Shown: positions 9,759 to 19,408, counted from the first letter of the stretch. The stretch is 64,000 nucleotides of DNA from Candidatus Aenigmatarchaeota archaeon (GCA_046539325.1 JBKHHD010000001.1:32001-96000); one strand, 5' to 3'. The notes: generated by a model from the sequence alone, not told the origin. Program-made: numbers and translations.

Positions 9759-9893
9759 TCAACCTTGGACCTTACCTCTACAGAGCTTGCAGCCTTCTTC
9801 AAGGACGCAGTCCGAACAAACCAAGGCGCCACAAAAAGAACAGTTACGGAGCGCTTCGCTTTTCTTACCACACGACTGGCAGATTCCGGTCAT
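9759..9893 (-). CDS. 44-aa zinc-finger microprotein (4 CxxC)
   Basis: MTGICQSCGKKSEALRNCSFCGALVCSDCVLEEGCKLCRGKVQG*; ATG lies 1 nt after the regulator stop codon. Below ORF-track cutoff. Confidence 0.8.
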   Translation of the reverse strand: MTGICQSCGKKSEALRNCSFCGALVCSDCVLEEGCKLCRGKVQG

Positions 9894-9894
9894 A

Positions 9895-10383
9895 TTAATC
9901 CTTTGGTATCTCAACCTCAGAGAGCTTATCCACGTAGCTTTCCAGCCTCCTCATCTGTCTGTTCAGAGTAGTTAGACCTTCTAGAATGCCTTCCGACTCC
10001 TCGGAGCCGATCTCTTCTAGCTTTCCTTCGTATTCCCCAAGACTTTCTATGGTTCCTGCTATGGTCTTCTGGAGCTGTATAACTATAGCCTGCTTAAGCC
10101 CTTCTAGTATATCGCCTTCCATCTTAACGTAGAGCTTTCTGTCTCCTTTCTTCTTAACCTTCTCAATTATACCAAGTACTTCAAGGAGATCAAGAGAAAG
10201 AGAAATGGAAGAAGAGCTGTATCCTGTTTCTTCGGAAAGCTCCTGAAGTGACATTTCGTCTCCATCCATTATGAGTGCAGCTATTATCCTCCCATGGATC
10301 TCGTCGTAGCCTATTGAAGAGGCTGTATTAGAGAAGGAGGAATAGATCTCATCCTTTATTTCCTCGATATCCTTTTCTCCCAT
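9895..10383 (-). CDS. GbsR/MarR-type winged-helix transcriptional regulator
   Basis: GRIIAAL...MSLQELSEETGYSSSSISLSLDLLEVLGIIEKVKKKGDRKLY plus coiled C-terminus. Confidence 0.85.
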   Translation of the reverse strand: MGEKDIEEIKDEIYSSFSNTASSIGYDEIHGRIIAALIMDGDEMSLQELSEETGYSSSSISLSLDLLEVLGIIEKVKKKGDRKLYVKMEGDILEGLKQAIVIQLQKTIAGTIESLGEYEGKLEEIGSEESEGILEGLTTLNRQMRRLESYVDKLSEVEIPKD

Positions 10384-10476
10384 CCTACCGTTCTAAAATT
10401 CTCGGTCATCATTTTTAAGCTTTCGAAACTAAGAAAAGTTAAAAGAGCACGTGAACAATAAACAAAAGGTGTAAAG

Positions 10477-10623
10477 ATGACAGGAGAAGAATTTATTAAT
10501 ATGGAGTTTTTCGCACTACTGTTTCAGGGAATAGTTGCTTTCCTTGTGATACTCTTCCTTATAGTGCTGACCTACGTCATCTACAGACATTTCAGGAAGA
10601 AAGGAGAGAAGGAACAGAAGTAG
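10477..10623 (+). CDS. 48-aa single-pass membrane microprotein
   Basis: AAGGTG SD then MTGEEFINMEFFALLFQGIVAFLVILFLIVLTYVIYRHFRKKGEKEQK*; alternative start 10501. Confidence 0.65.
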   Translation: MTGEEFINMEFFALLFQGIVAFLVILFLIVLTYVIYRHFRKKGEKEQK

Positions 10624-10691
10624 ATTTAAACAGGTCTTAAACAGCCGCCCACGCAGATTTTATAAACCTCTGAGACTTATTCTTACTGAGC

Positions 10692-12611
10692 ATGACCAAT
10701 AAAAACAAGTTTTACATTACGACTGCAATCGATTACATAAACGGTCCACCACACATAGGCCATGCTTTTGAAAAGATAATCGCAGACGCTATTGCCAGAT
10801 ATCATAGGCTTAAGGGTGACGATACATTTTATCTGACAGGAACGGACGAGCACGGAAAGAAGAACTACGAAACGGCAAAGGAAAAGGACCTGGAACCCAG
10901 GGAGTTCGTCGACAAGATGGCACCAAAGTTCAAGGAGCTGGAAGACATTCTAAACCTTTCCCTCGACAACTTCATAAGGACTTCTGACAAAGAGGTTCAT
11001 TACCCCACTGTCAAAGATATCTGGAAGAGGTTGGAAGAGAACGGAGATATCTACAAGAAGGAATACGAGGGTCTGTACTGCTCGGGCTGTGAGAGCTTCG
11101 TCAAGGAAAGAGATCTGGTGGATGGGAAATGTCCTGACCACGACAAAGAGCCGGAACTGGTCAGCGAGGAAAACTATTTTTTCAGGTTGTCTAAATATTC
11201 CGAAAGGGTCAAGGAGCTTATAGAAAGCGGAGAAATGGAGGTTTACCCAGAGACGAGAAGAAATGAAGTTTTGGAGATGATAAACGACGGACCCGACGAC
11301 GTAAGCTTCTCGAGGGAGAAGGAGAGCCTTCCCTGGGGTATAAATGTTCCAGGTGATGAATCACAGGTTATGTATGTTTGGTGTGATGCGCTCACGAACT
11401 ACCTTTCCGGCATCGGGTACAGCACCGATAGAGAAAGGTTTGAAAGGTACTGGCCAGCAGATATCCACCTCATAGGCAAGGACATCCACAAGTTCCATGC
11501 GCTTATATGGCCTGCCATACTTCTCTCGGCTGGCATAGAACCTCCTGAGATGATACTGATACACGGATTCTTTACAGTCGGAGGCAGGAAGATGTCCAAG
11601 AGCCTTGGAAACGTGATCCGCCCCGACGAAGAAGTGAAGAAGTTCGGTGTGGATCCAACGAGATACTCCTTACTTACTGCAATACCTACCCTTGAAGATG
11701 GTGATTTTTCCGAGAAAATACTTGTAGAAAAACTAAATTCTGAACTGGCAGACAATTTAGGAAACTTCGTCAACAGATCCCTTAAGTTCACAAGAGACAA
11801 TTTTGATGGGATACCTAATATAGATGGACTGAAAGGAAATGACAAGGAGCTTTTTGATGAGGTAGTCTCAAAGATAGATGAAATTGAAGCGGAGATGGAA
11901 GAGACCTTTAATCTTCACAGGGCTTTGAAAAAAGTGATGGAAATTTCATCTCTTGCGAATGGATATTTCCAGGAAAAGAAACCCTGGGAATCCATAAAGG
12001 ACGATGAACAAGACTGTAAAAGAACAGTTTATCTCTGTGCCAACATCGTCAAGTCTCTGGCAATAGTATCGGAGCCTTTTATGCCGGATACGGCAGAGAA
12101 GATATGGGATTATCTAAATCAGGACACGGATATACATCAAGAGGACTGGGACAAGGCCAAGGAACTGGGTCTCGGTGGACAGGATATAAAAGACCCAGAA
12201 CCGCTTTTTGAAAAGATAGATAAAGATGAAATAACAGATTTTGATGAAGAAAAAGCTAAAAACAAAAAACCAGGAGGTGAACAAAATATGATTAGCTTCG
12301 ATGAGTTTAAGGAACTTGACATTAGGATTGGTGAGATAAAAACCGTAGAGGAGATCGAAGGCTCGGACAACCTACTGAAGTTTGAGATAGACGTGGGTGA
12401 CGAAACAAAGCAGTCGGTAGGCGGTCTTAAGGGACATTACACAGCAGAGGATCTTGTAGGGAGAAAGGTACCTGTACTTGTCAACCTCGAGCCCTCGGAA
12501 CTTATGGGCGTCAAGAGCGAGTGTATGATTCTCGCTGCTGTAGTTGGTAACAAGGAGCCTGTGCTTCTTGAGCCAGAAAGAGATCTAGAAGCTGGAACAG
12601 GAGTCGCATAG
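10692..12611 (+). CDS. metG: Methionyl-tRNA synthetase with C-terminal Trbp111-like tRNA-binding domain
   Basis: PPHIGH, GTDEHG, KMSKSLGN; C-terminal ISFDEFKELDIRIG...SECMILAA. Confidence 0.97.
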   Translation: MTNKNKFYITTAIDYINGPPHIGHAFEKIIADAIARYHRLKGDDTFYLTGTDEHGKKNYETAKEKDLEPREFVDKMAPKFKELEDILNLSLDNFIRTSDKEVHYPTVKDIWKRLEENGDIYKKEYEGLYCSGCESFVKERDLVDGKCPDHDKEPELVSEENYFFRLSKYSERVKELIESGEMEVYPETRRNEVLEMINDGPDDVSFSREKESLPWGINVPGDESQVMYVWCDALTNYLSGIGYSTDRERFERYWPADIHLIGKDIHKFHALIWPAILLSAGIEPPEMILIHGFFTVGGRKMSKSLGNVIRPDEEVKKFGVDPTRYSLLTAIPTLEDGDFSEKILVEKLNSELADNLGNFVNRSLKFTRDNFDGIPNIDGLKGNDKELFDEVVSKIDEIEAEMEETFNLHRALKKVMEISSLANGYFQEKKPWESIKDDEQDCKRTVYLCANIVKSLAIVSEPFMPDTAEKIWDYLNQDTDIHQEDWDKAKELGLGGQDIKDPEPLFEKIDKDEITDFDEEKAKNKKPGGEQNMISFDEFKELDIRIGEIKTVEEIEGSDNLLKFEIDVGDETKQSVGGLKGHYTAEDLVGRKVPVLVNLEPSELMGVKSECMILAAVVGNKEPVLLEPERDLEAGTGVA

Positions 12612-12634
12612 AAGCAAACAAACCAGCCTAATTT

Positions 12635-13690
12635 CTATTTATTCAGAAGCTTCTTCAGTTCGTATTCTCTTTCACCCAGTCCTATCTTTTCAGCATGTTT
12701 TACCTGCAGATCCGGACTTACCATCATCTCTTTAAGCATGAGTTTGGATTTGCCAACAAGGTCAAGGCTGGCCTGATCTATAGCCACCGGATCTTCTGAG
12801 ACGAGAACTCCTATATCCTCGGTCATCGAATTCTGTTTCTCGTTTACGCAATCACATTTCTTGGTTATGTTAAGAAGGAAGTTAACGAAGACTGAGTTTT
12901 TGTCCTTAAGAACGCCTAAGGCGTACTCTGCTATCCTTTTCTGAAGCTCTTTCCTGGAGGCAGAGGACCATGGTATCTTTACAGCTCCCTCAGGGCATAC
13001 TGCTATACATCCACCGCAGCCTATGCATTTTTCATGGTCTATGGAAGCGCTCTTCGAAGTTCGAGGAAGCTTGCTGGACTTTATACTGATTGCGCCCTCA
13101 GGGCAGTTTTCCACACATTTACCGCACGCTACACATTTCCTTCCATTGACCTTGAGCTCGAAGGTCTGGTGCATCTCCATCTTTCCGGCTTTACTTCCCA
13201 GGCCCATTCCAACGTTTTTCAGAGCGCCACCGAAGCCCGCGGCCAGGTGGCCCGTAAGATGCGAAACTACTAGCAGAGATCCGTAGTCCTCAAGAGCCTT
13301 TCCTATCTTGACGCTATCAAATATCTCTCCATCTATCTTCGCTTCCGTCTCCTCTCTCCCCTTCTCTCCATCAGCTATTACCATCGGAGCGAAGTCGAAG
13401 CCGTTGTCGCGAGCCACTTCCCTGTGGCTGGAGGCAAGGGCGCGGGGACTGTTGTAAAGAACCGTGCAGTCCATAAGGGCGCAGTCTTTGTTTCTTTCGT
13501 CCACGAAGCTGTATATAGGTTCTATCCAGTCGGGCTTCAGGTGTGTGTCGCTATTCCTCTCGCCGACGTGCAGCTTCAGAGCGACCCTTTCCTCTTCTGG
13601 CAGCTTATCCAGAAACGGCTTCAGTTTCTCCACGAGTTCTTCAGGATCTATAGAGTCAGCATCAGTCTCCCATAGATAGACTTCAGACAT
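12635..13690 (-). CDS. DUF362-family protein with 2x[4Fe-4S] ferredoxin domain
   Basis: ALKLHVGE, HLTGHLAAGFGGALKNVGMG, CVACGKCVENCP and CIGCGGCIAVCP, DPVAIDQASLD. Confidence 0.88.
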   Translation of the reverse strand: MSEVYLWETDADSIDPEELVEKLKPFLDKLPEEERVALKLHVGERNSDTHLKPDWIEPIYSFVDERNKDCALMDCTVLYNSPRALASSHREVARDNGFDFAPMVIADGEKGREETEAKIDGEIFDSVKIGKALEDYGSLLVVSHLTGHLAAGFGGALKNVGMGLGSKAGKMEMHQTFELKVNGRKCVACGKCVENCPEGAISIKSSKLPRTSKSASIDHEKCIGCGGCIAVCPEGAVKIPWSSASRKELQKRIAEYALGVLKDKNSVFVNFLLNITKKCDCVNEKQNSMTEDIGVLVSEDPVAIDQASLDLVGKSKLMLKEMMVSPDLQVKHAEKIGLGEREYELKKLLNK

Positions 13691-13747
13691 CACGACACCT
13701 CATGTCAACCCTTTTTCGCGAACGTTTTTACGGTAGTAAAAAGGTTC

Positions 13748-13870
13748 TGGTGGGCCGGCCGTGATTTGAACACGGGTCTGAGCGCCCCGAACGCTCGATG
13801 CTAGTCCATTGTAGCGACGAAAGTCCTACAAATCGAAAGTGGAACTTTCGTGTGGCTACACCACCGGCCC
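13748..13870 (-). tRNA. tRNA-Pro(CGG) with 45-nt D-loop intron (13853-13809), encoded CCA
   Basis: Minus strand: GGGCCGG TG GTGTAGCC [intron] TGGACTAGCAT C GAGCG TTCGGGG CGCTC AGAC CCGTG TTCAAAT CACGG CCGGCCC A CCA; all stems pair once the intron is removed. Confidence 0.93.
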
Positions 13871-13963
13871 TCGGATTAAAACAGTTAAATGTATATTTAT
13901 TATGTTTGGTTTCAATTAGTTCTCCGAATCCATTTAAATTTCAAGCCACAAGACTCTTTTGAT

Positions 13964-15274
13964 ATGACAAAGATAGCCGTAATCTCAGACCTTCATCTTG
14001 GATTCAAGAAAGGGACGCAGAGAGAGGAAGACGTTTTCATCGCTGCGGAGAGAGCGTTGAAAAAGGCAGAGAGACTTGGCGCGGATGTTATAGTTCTTCC
14101 GGGAGATATATTCGATTCAAGGCTTCCAAGACCCGAGCACTGGTCCCGTTTCATGGAGATGCTCTCATCTCTGGAAGGAGAGAAAAACGTGGATGTTACA
14201 AGGCTTGAGGGAAAGGAGGAGGTTCCGGAAAGAGCCTTAGAAGGAATACCTATAATAGCTATACACGGAACGCACGAGAGAAGGGGGAAGGGCATGAAAA
14301 ATACTATAAAGGCATTGGAAGACTCAAAGTTCCTTGTACATCTCCACTGCAGCTCCATCGAACTAAAGGTAAACGGCGAGAAGATCGGGGTACATGGCAT
14401 GAGCGGAGTCCCGGAAAAATACTCCAAAGACGTTCTGAAGAAGTGGAATCCTGAACCCTTTGAAGACGCCTACAATATATTTATGCTCCATCAGGATCTG
14501 GAGCAGTACATATACAACCCTGTAAATCCTCCTTCCCTCGGCCTTGAAGACCTTCCGGAAGGTTTCGACCTTTACGTCTCAGGGCATATACACTGGAAGG
14601 AAGAAACGGAACTCAAAGGAAAGCCTTTTATAATTCCAGGAAGCCTCGTACCCACACAGCTTAAGAAGAAGGAAGCCGAAAGGTCAAAGGGTTTCTATCT
14701 TGTGGATACTGAGAAGAGAGAAGTTGACTTCGTTGAGATCGATCCACCCAGGGAGTTCATATACAAGGAGCTGGAGTTTGAAGGGAAAGGAACAAAGGAA
14801 ATAGAGGAAGATGTTCTTTCTGCTTTAGAGAAAACAGAGATAGAGAACTATGAAACAAATCCGCTCGTTCGGGTAAAGATAAAAGGAAAGTTACCGAAGG
14901 GCGTCAGCTCAAGCGACCTCGATCTTTCAAGCATAAAGGAAAAATACGACGACAAAACCATAATAAGCTTTTCAGAAGATCTACAGGAAAAGGGCATAGA
15001 AGAGAAGGTACAGACGCTTCAGGACCTCAGGGAGGAGAAGCTTTCTGTGGACGAAATGGGCATGAAGATTCTCAGGGAGAAAGTAAAGGAAGTAGAAGCA
15101 GGTATAGAACCGGATGTTGTCTTTGAAAATCTTGTAGAAGGCGATCTTGATGACGCTCTGGAAAAGATCAAGGATATGGACGTTGAACATGGAGAAGAGG
15201 GGGCGAAAAAAGAGGGAGACAAAAAAGAAGAGGGCAGCGAGGATACAGGCAAAGGAAACTGGTGGGAGAAATAG
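13964..15274 (+). CDS. mre11: DNA double-strand break repair nuclease Mre11
   Basis: ISDLHLG, PGDIFD, IHGTHE, MLHQ, SGHIH, PGS; rad50 downstream. Confidence 0.92.
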   Translation: MTKIAVISDLHLGFKKGTQREEDVFIAAERALKKAERLGADVIVLPGDIFDSRLPRPEHWSRFMEMLSSLEGEKNVDVTRLEGKEEVPERALEGIPIIAIHGTHERRGKGMKNTIKALEDSKFLVHLHCSSIELKVNGEKIGVHGMSGVPEKYSKDVLKKWNPEPFEDAYNIFMLHQDLEQYIYNPVNPPSLGLEDLPEGFDLYVSGHIHWKEETELKGKPFIIPGSLVPTQLKKKEAERSKGFYLVDTEKREVDFVEIDPPREFIYKELEFEGKGTKEIEEDVLSALEKTEIENYETNPLVRVKIKGKLPKGVSSSDLDLSSIKEKYDDKTIISFSEDLQEKGIEEKVQTLQDLREEKLSVDEMGMKILREKVKEVEAGIEPDVVFENLVEGDLDDALEKIKDMDVEHGEEGAKKEGDKKEEGSEDTGKGNWWEK

Positions 15275-15353
15275 TATAAAGTTTTAAATTCTTCCGGGAA
15301 GAGTTGTATGTGAAAAGTTGGTGTAAATATAAAATAAGTTAAGAGGTGAGAAT

Positions 15354-15857
15354 ATTAGAAAGACTTCTTTTGAAAATCAGAGGGTAGGCATATTTGTCGA
15401 TATTCAAAACATGTACTACTCTGCTAAGAACCTTTACGACAGCAAGGTGGACTACTCGTCCCTTATAGAAGTAGCGACCGACGACAGGGAGCTTATAAGA
15501 GCTCTAGCTTACGTTATCAAGGCAGAGACTCCTGACGAGGAAAACTTCTTTGAGGCTTTAGGCGAGATAGGATTCCAGGTGAAGAGGAAAGACCTCAAGG
15601 AGTTCCGCGGTGGAAACAAGAAGGGGGACTGGGACATGGGCATAGCAATCGACGCTATAAAGATGACAGATAGGATAGATGTGGCTGTGCTCGTTACAGG
15701 CGATGGAGACTTCCGTTCCCTGGTAGAACACCTGAAGTCGGAAGGTGTACAGGTCGAGGTAATGTCCTTTGGAAAGTCGACAGCCGGTGAACTTGTTGAG
15801 TCGGCAGACGTATTCCTTAATATGGACAAGAAAAAGGACCTGTATCTCATGGACTGA
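15354..15857 (+). CDS. NYN/LabA-DUF88 domain nuclease (probable ATT start)
   Basis: In-frame RVGIFVDIQNMYY lies upstream of the track ATG 15411; KGDWDMGIAID, VTGDGDF, GVQVEV; GAGGTGA-4nt-ATT at 15354. Confidence 0.88.
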   Translation: MRKTSFENQRVGIFVDIQNMYYSAKNLYDSKVDYSSLIEVATDDRELIRALAYVIKAETPDEENFFEALGEIGFQVKRKDLKEFRGGNKKGDWDMGIAIDAIKMTDRIDVAVLVTGDGDFRSLVEHLKSEGVQVEVMSFGKSTAGELVESADVFLNMDKKKDLYLMD

Positions 15858-15871
15858 AATTCTGAGCAAAG

Positions 15872-17884
15872 ATGATAACGGGACTGAAGCTTGAGAACTG
15901 GAAGAGTCACTTAGATTCAGAACTCGAATTCGGGAAAGGTACGAACGTTCTTGTAGGTGTAATGGGTTCAGGAAAGAGCTCGATCCTCTCTGCAATTTCT
16001 TTTGCGCTGTTCGGAACCTTCCCTTCACACCGTTCAAGAGAAGTTACCTTGGACGATATAATAATGAACAGACCTCAAAAGAAGGAGGAAGCGAAGGTAG
16101 AGCTTGAATTCGAGATAAAAGGCCAGGAGTTTGAGGTAAAAAGGGTAATAGGTAGAGGAAAGGGTACGAAGGAGGCAAGTATAAGGAAGGACGGTGAGTT
16201 GCTTGATACAGGTCCTTCAAGGGTCACGGAACTGGTTGAAAACTACCTCAAGGTAGACTACAATCTGTTCTCCAGGGCTGTGTACGCGGAGCAAGACGGA
16301 CTGGACAACTTCTTGGAGATAAGGAAAGGCGAGCGTATGAAGAAGATCGACGACCTGTTACAGATAGACAGGTTCGAGGAGTGCAGGAGCAATGTGACCA
16401 CGATCATCAACAGACTGGAAGAAAGGATAGACTCTAAGAGGAAGACTGTAGAAGAGCTGGAGGAACAGGAGGACTTCGGAAAGATAGAAGAGCTGGAGGA
16501 AGAAATAGAGGATATTAAAAAGGAGGTGGAGGAGCTTAGCGAAAAACTGGAAGAACTGGGTGAGAACTATGAAGAAAGAAAAGAAGAGATTAAAGAGCTC
16601 AAAGAGGGTCTTGATGAGATAAAAAAGCTTGAAAACAAAAAAAGCAACATAAAAGGCTCTATTTCAAGCTTAAAGGCGGATATAGAATCTCTAAAGGATG
16701 AATTGGAGCTTTCAGAGGACGAAGTTGAAGAAATGTTAGAAGATAAGAAAAAAGATCTAAAAGAGCTTGAAAAGCGAAAAGAAGAGATTAAAGAAAATTT
16801 AGATGATCTCAAGGATAAGCAAAAGGACAGGAAGATCAAGATAAGAGACCTGCAAAAGAAAATACAGAAAATAAAAGGTGTTGAAGGCGAATGCCCTGTC
16901 TGTGGCAAAGAGCTGGAAGAAGGCCATAAAGAGGATCTCATCGAACAGCGGAGAGAAAAGGTTTCAAAATTAGGCGAAGAGAAAGAAGATTTCGAGAATA
17001 AAATCAATGAAAGGGAAGAAAAACTGGATAAAATCAAGAAGGAAGAGAAGGAGTTAAAGGAGGGAAGAAGGGAGCTCAAAAGGAAGAAGGAGTCTCTCTC
17101 GAAGCTAGAAAATAAGAAAAAGTCTCTGAAGAAGAAGGGCAGGGAGCTTGAAGAAATATCAGAAGAGCTGGAAGAGAAGCAGGAAAAGTTCGACCGAGAA
17201 AAAATAGAAGAGGAGCAGGAAAGGGTAAATGAAATTTCTGGTGAGAGAGAAAGGATAAAGGAGAGGATTGAGAATAAGAAAGACGTTCTTGAGGAAAGAA
17301 AAGAGGAAAGGAAGGAGTTAGAGAAAAGAAAGGAGAGGTTTGAGAAATACAAGGAAGAAATAAAGAGTTCTGAAGACTTGATCGAAGATTTGAAGAAGTT
17401 CAAGAGCGCTTTAAGCTCTACACAGGAGCAGTTGAGAACTAAGTTCATAGAAGCCGTTAACAGTACCCTGACGAAAGTATGGGGCAGCTTATACCCATAC
17501 GATGATTTTTCAGATCTTAGGTTTACTATAAAGGAAGGTGATTACGAGCTCCAGTTCAAGAACAAAGGAAGCTGGCAGTCTGTCGAAGGAATAGCTTCAG
17601 GCGGTGAAAGAACATCTGCCTGTCTTGCTCTTAGAATCGCCTTTGCTCTTGTCCTTGCACCCAATCTAAGGTGGCTTGTCCTGGACGAACCAACCCACAA
17701 CCTAGACAGGCAAGCTGTAAAAGACCTTTCTGAGCTACTGAGGACAAATGTCTCGGAGTTCGTGGACCAGGTATTTTTGATAACACACAATGAAACTATG
17801 GAAAACGCCGCAAGCTCGCACCTCTACAAGCTTAACAGGGATAAGCATAGGGATGAGCCGACAGAAATAAAAGAGATAACTTAG
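15872..17884 (+). CDS. rad50: Rad50 ATPase
   Basis: LENWKSH, GVMGSGKSS, coiled coil with Zn hook CPVCG, SGGE, LDEPT, ITH. Confidence 0.95.
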   Translation: MITGLKLENWKSHLDSELEFGKGTNVLVGVMGSGKSSILSAISFALFGTFPSHRSREVTLDDIIMNRPQKKEEAKVELEFEIKGQEFEVKRVIGRGKGTKEASIRKDGELLDTGPSRVTELVENYLKVDYNLFSRAVYAEQDGLDNFLEIRKGERMKKIDDLLQIDRFEECRSNVTTIINRLEERIDSKRKTVEELEEQEDFGKIEELEEEIEDIKKEVEELSEKLEELGENYEERKEEIKELKEGLDEIKKLENKKSNIKGSISSLKADIESLKDELELSEDEVEEMLEDKKKDLKELEKRKEEIKENLDDLKDKQKDRKIKIRDLQKKIQKIKGVEGECPVCGKELEEGHKEDLIEQRREKVSKLGEEKEDFENKINEREEKLDKIKKEEKELKEGRRELKRKKESLSKLENKKKSLKKKGRELEEISEELEEKQEKFDREKIEEEQERVNEISGERERIKERIENKKDVLEERKEERKELEKRKERFEKYKEEIKSSEDLIEDLKKFKSALSSTQEQLRTKFIEAVNSTLTKVWGSLYPYDDFSDLRFTIKEGDYELQFKNKGSWQSVEGIASGGERTSACLALRIAFALVLAPNLRWLVLDEPTHNLDRQAVKDLSELLRTNVSEFVDQVFLITHNETMENAASSHLYKLNRDKHRDEPTEIKEIT

Positions 17885-19408
17885 CTACATAAAGGATTCA
17901 GCGTCTTCTTCTCTCTGTTCGCTCTCCTTCATATACTTCTTAGCTGCTTCTTCAAGAGGCATTCCTCTCTCGTTTTCCTTGCTTTTCCTCTCCCTTATCT
18001 GAGCAAACAGTGGATAGTTCACGGCTTCACCTACCACAAAGGCCTCACCTACACGCAAGGAGGAAATTGTTTCAAGTACATCGCCTGTAAGGCCCTCGCT
18101 ACTCTTACCTATATGGTCCTGATCGTAGGGGTTTGTAATTCTCATTATTATTTTAGTGTTGCACTGTGAGAGAGCTGTTGTATCGAGCTTTATGGGTCTC
18201 TGTGAAATAAGGCATAAAGAAGAGTGGAACTTTCTCCCTTCACGTGCTATTCTCTGGATAACAGGCCTCGAAAGAGCGTTTCTTCTCTTCTTTCCTTCAG
18301 GAACAAAGTTATGCGCCTCCTCAAGAACAAAGAGGAACGGTGGTATCTGACTGTTCTGTCTTTTAAAGAAAAGCTTTCTTGCAAGGTAGGTCACCAGCAT
18401 CTGTCTTTCTTCTAAGGAAGTGAGGTCCGAAATATCTATTATAGCTGCTTCACCTGGATTTACGAGATCATCTACAGGTGGGTTGTCCGCAACGCCGAAC
18501 AGTCCAGTCCTCTCTAACTGTGATATTTCAGAGATAAGCACCTCCTTCGTAGACGATTTTATTGATTCGTCTTTGGCTACCGCGTCGGCTATATTCGAAA
18601 GGCCGTATGCCTCGCCCGATTTATCCTTCTTTATCTCCCTCAAAACTCTCCCTATCTCCCTTCTCTGGGCTCCGGAAAGGTTTGGCTTGAGGTTGAAGAA
18701 CAGAGACGGGGTTAGGTTCGAAGCTCCGATCCTGAAGTCCTTCCCTCTTACAACTCTCGTCCTGTCCCTGTAATTTTCGTCGTCGCCGAACCCTATGTAC
18801 TCGCCATGTGTATCTATTACCACGGTGCCAACCTGGCCCGCTTCCTCCTCCCTGTCCAGAAGCTCTTCAATCATGACGGAAGTCAGATAAGACTTTCCTG
18901 CACCAGAAAGAGCAAGTATAGACATGTGTTTCTGCAGAAGCCTTGTTATAGAAAGCTTAACCGGGAGCTCGTGGTGACCAACAGTTCCTATGTGCAGTCC
19001 GTTCTCGTTGTCAAGTCCAAGAAAATCAGAAAGTATATCCTGTTCTATCATCTTTACTTCCGTCCCAGGAGAAGGCGGAAAGGTAGCCCGCTTTATCTGA
19101 CCGTCGTTGTACACGCCCAGAGGTCTCGCCTCGCCTACAAGATACTCCCATCTCTCCGCAGGAAATATCTCCGTTAGTTTCTTTCCTTTCCTCTCATACT
19201 CTCGGACTGATTCCGCTCTATCAAAGTAGCGGTTCGTCTTATATATATCAGAAACACGAGCTATAAGCTTACCTTCCTCGGAACCGAGCATAATAAACTG
19301 ATTCTGTCTTACTGGAATCTCGCCGGAATCTTCATCTATAACGAAGCTGAACTGCGACGCAGAAGGTCCGTCCGGTGTGGATATAACCGTTCCTATCTGA
19401 TCTGTCAT
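17885..19408 (-). CDS. herA: HerA helicase/translocase
   Basis: N-terminal HAS barrel, ALSGAGKS, IDTHGEY, LEEAHNF, IAREGRKF, SQRP. Confidence 0.92.
   Translation of the reverse strand: MTDQIGTVISTPDGPSASQFSFVIDEDSGEIPVRQNQFIMLGSEEGKLIARVSDIYKTNRYFDRAESVREYERKGKKLTEIFPAERWEYLVGEARPLGVYNDGQIKRATFPPSPGTEVKMIEQDILSDFLGLDNENGLHIGTVGHHELPVKLSITRLLQKHMSILALSGAGKSYLTSVMIEELLDREEEAGQVGTVVIDTHGEYIGFGDDENYRDRTRVVRGKDFRIGASNLTPSLFFNLKPNLSGAQRREIGRVLREIKKDKSGEAYGLSNIADAVAKDESIKSSTKEVLISEISQLERTGLFGVADNPPVDDLVNPGEAAIIDISDLTSLEERQMLVTYLARKLFFKRQNSQIPPFLFVLEEAHNFVPEGKKRRNALSRPVIQRIAREGRKFHSSLCLISQRPIKLDTTALSQCNTKIIMRITNPYDQDHIGKSSEGLTGDVLETISSLRVGEAFVVGEAVNYPLFAQIRERKSKENERGMPLEEAAKKYMKESEQREEDAESFM

Noticed and set aside
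13889-13963. N-terminal extension of Mre11 in the ORF track
   Set aside because: It covers the divergent tRNA/mre11 promoter region; homology starts at MTKIAVISD (13964).
16440-17420. Repetitive GAA/AAG-rich tract
   Set aside because: It is Rad50 coiled-coil codon bias, not a DNA repeat or array.
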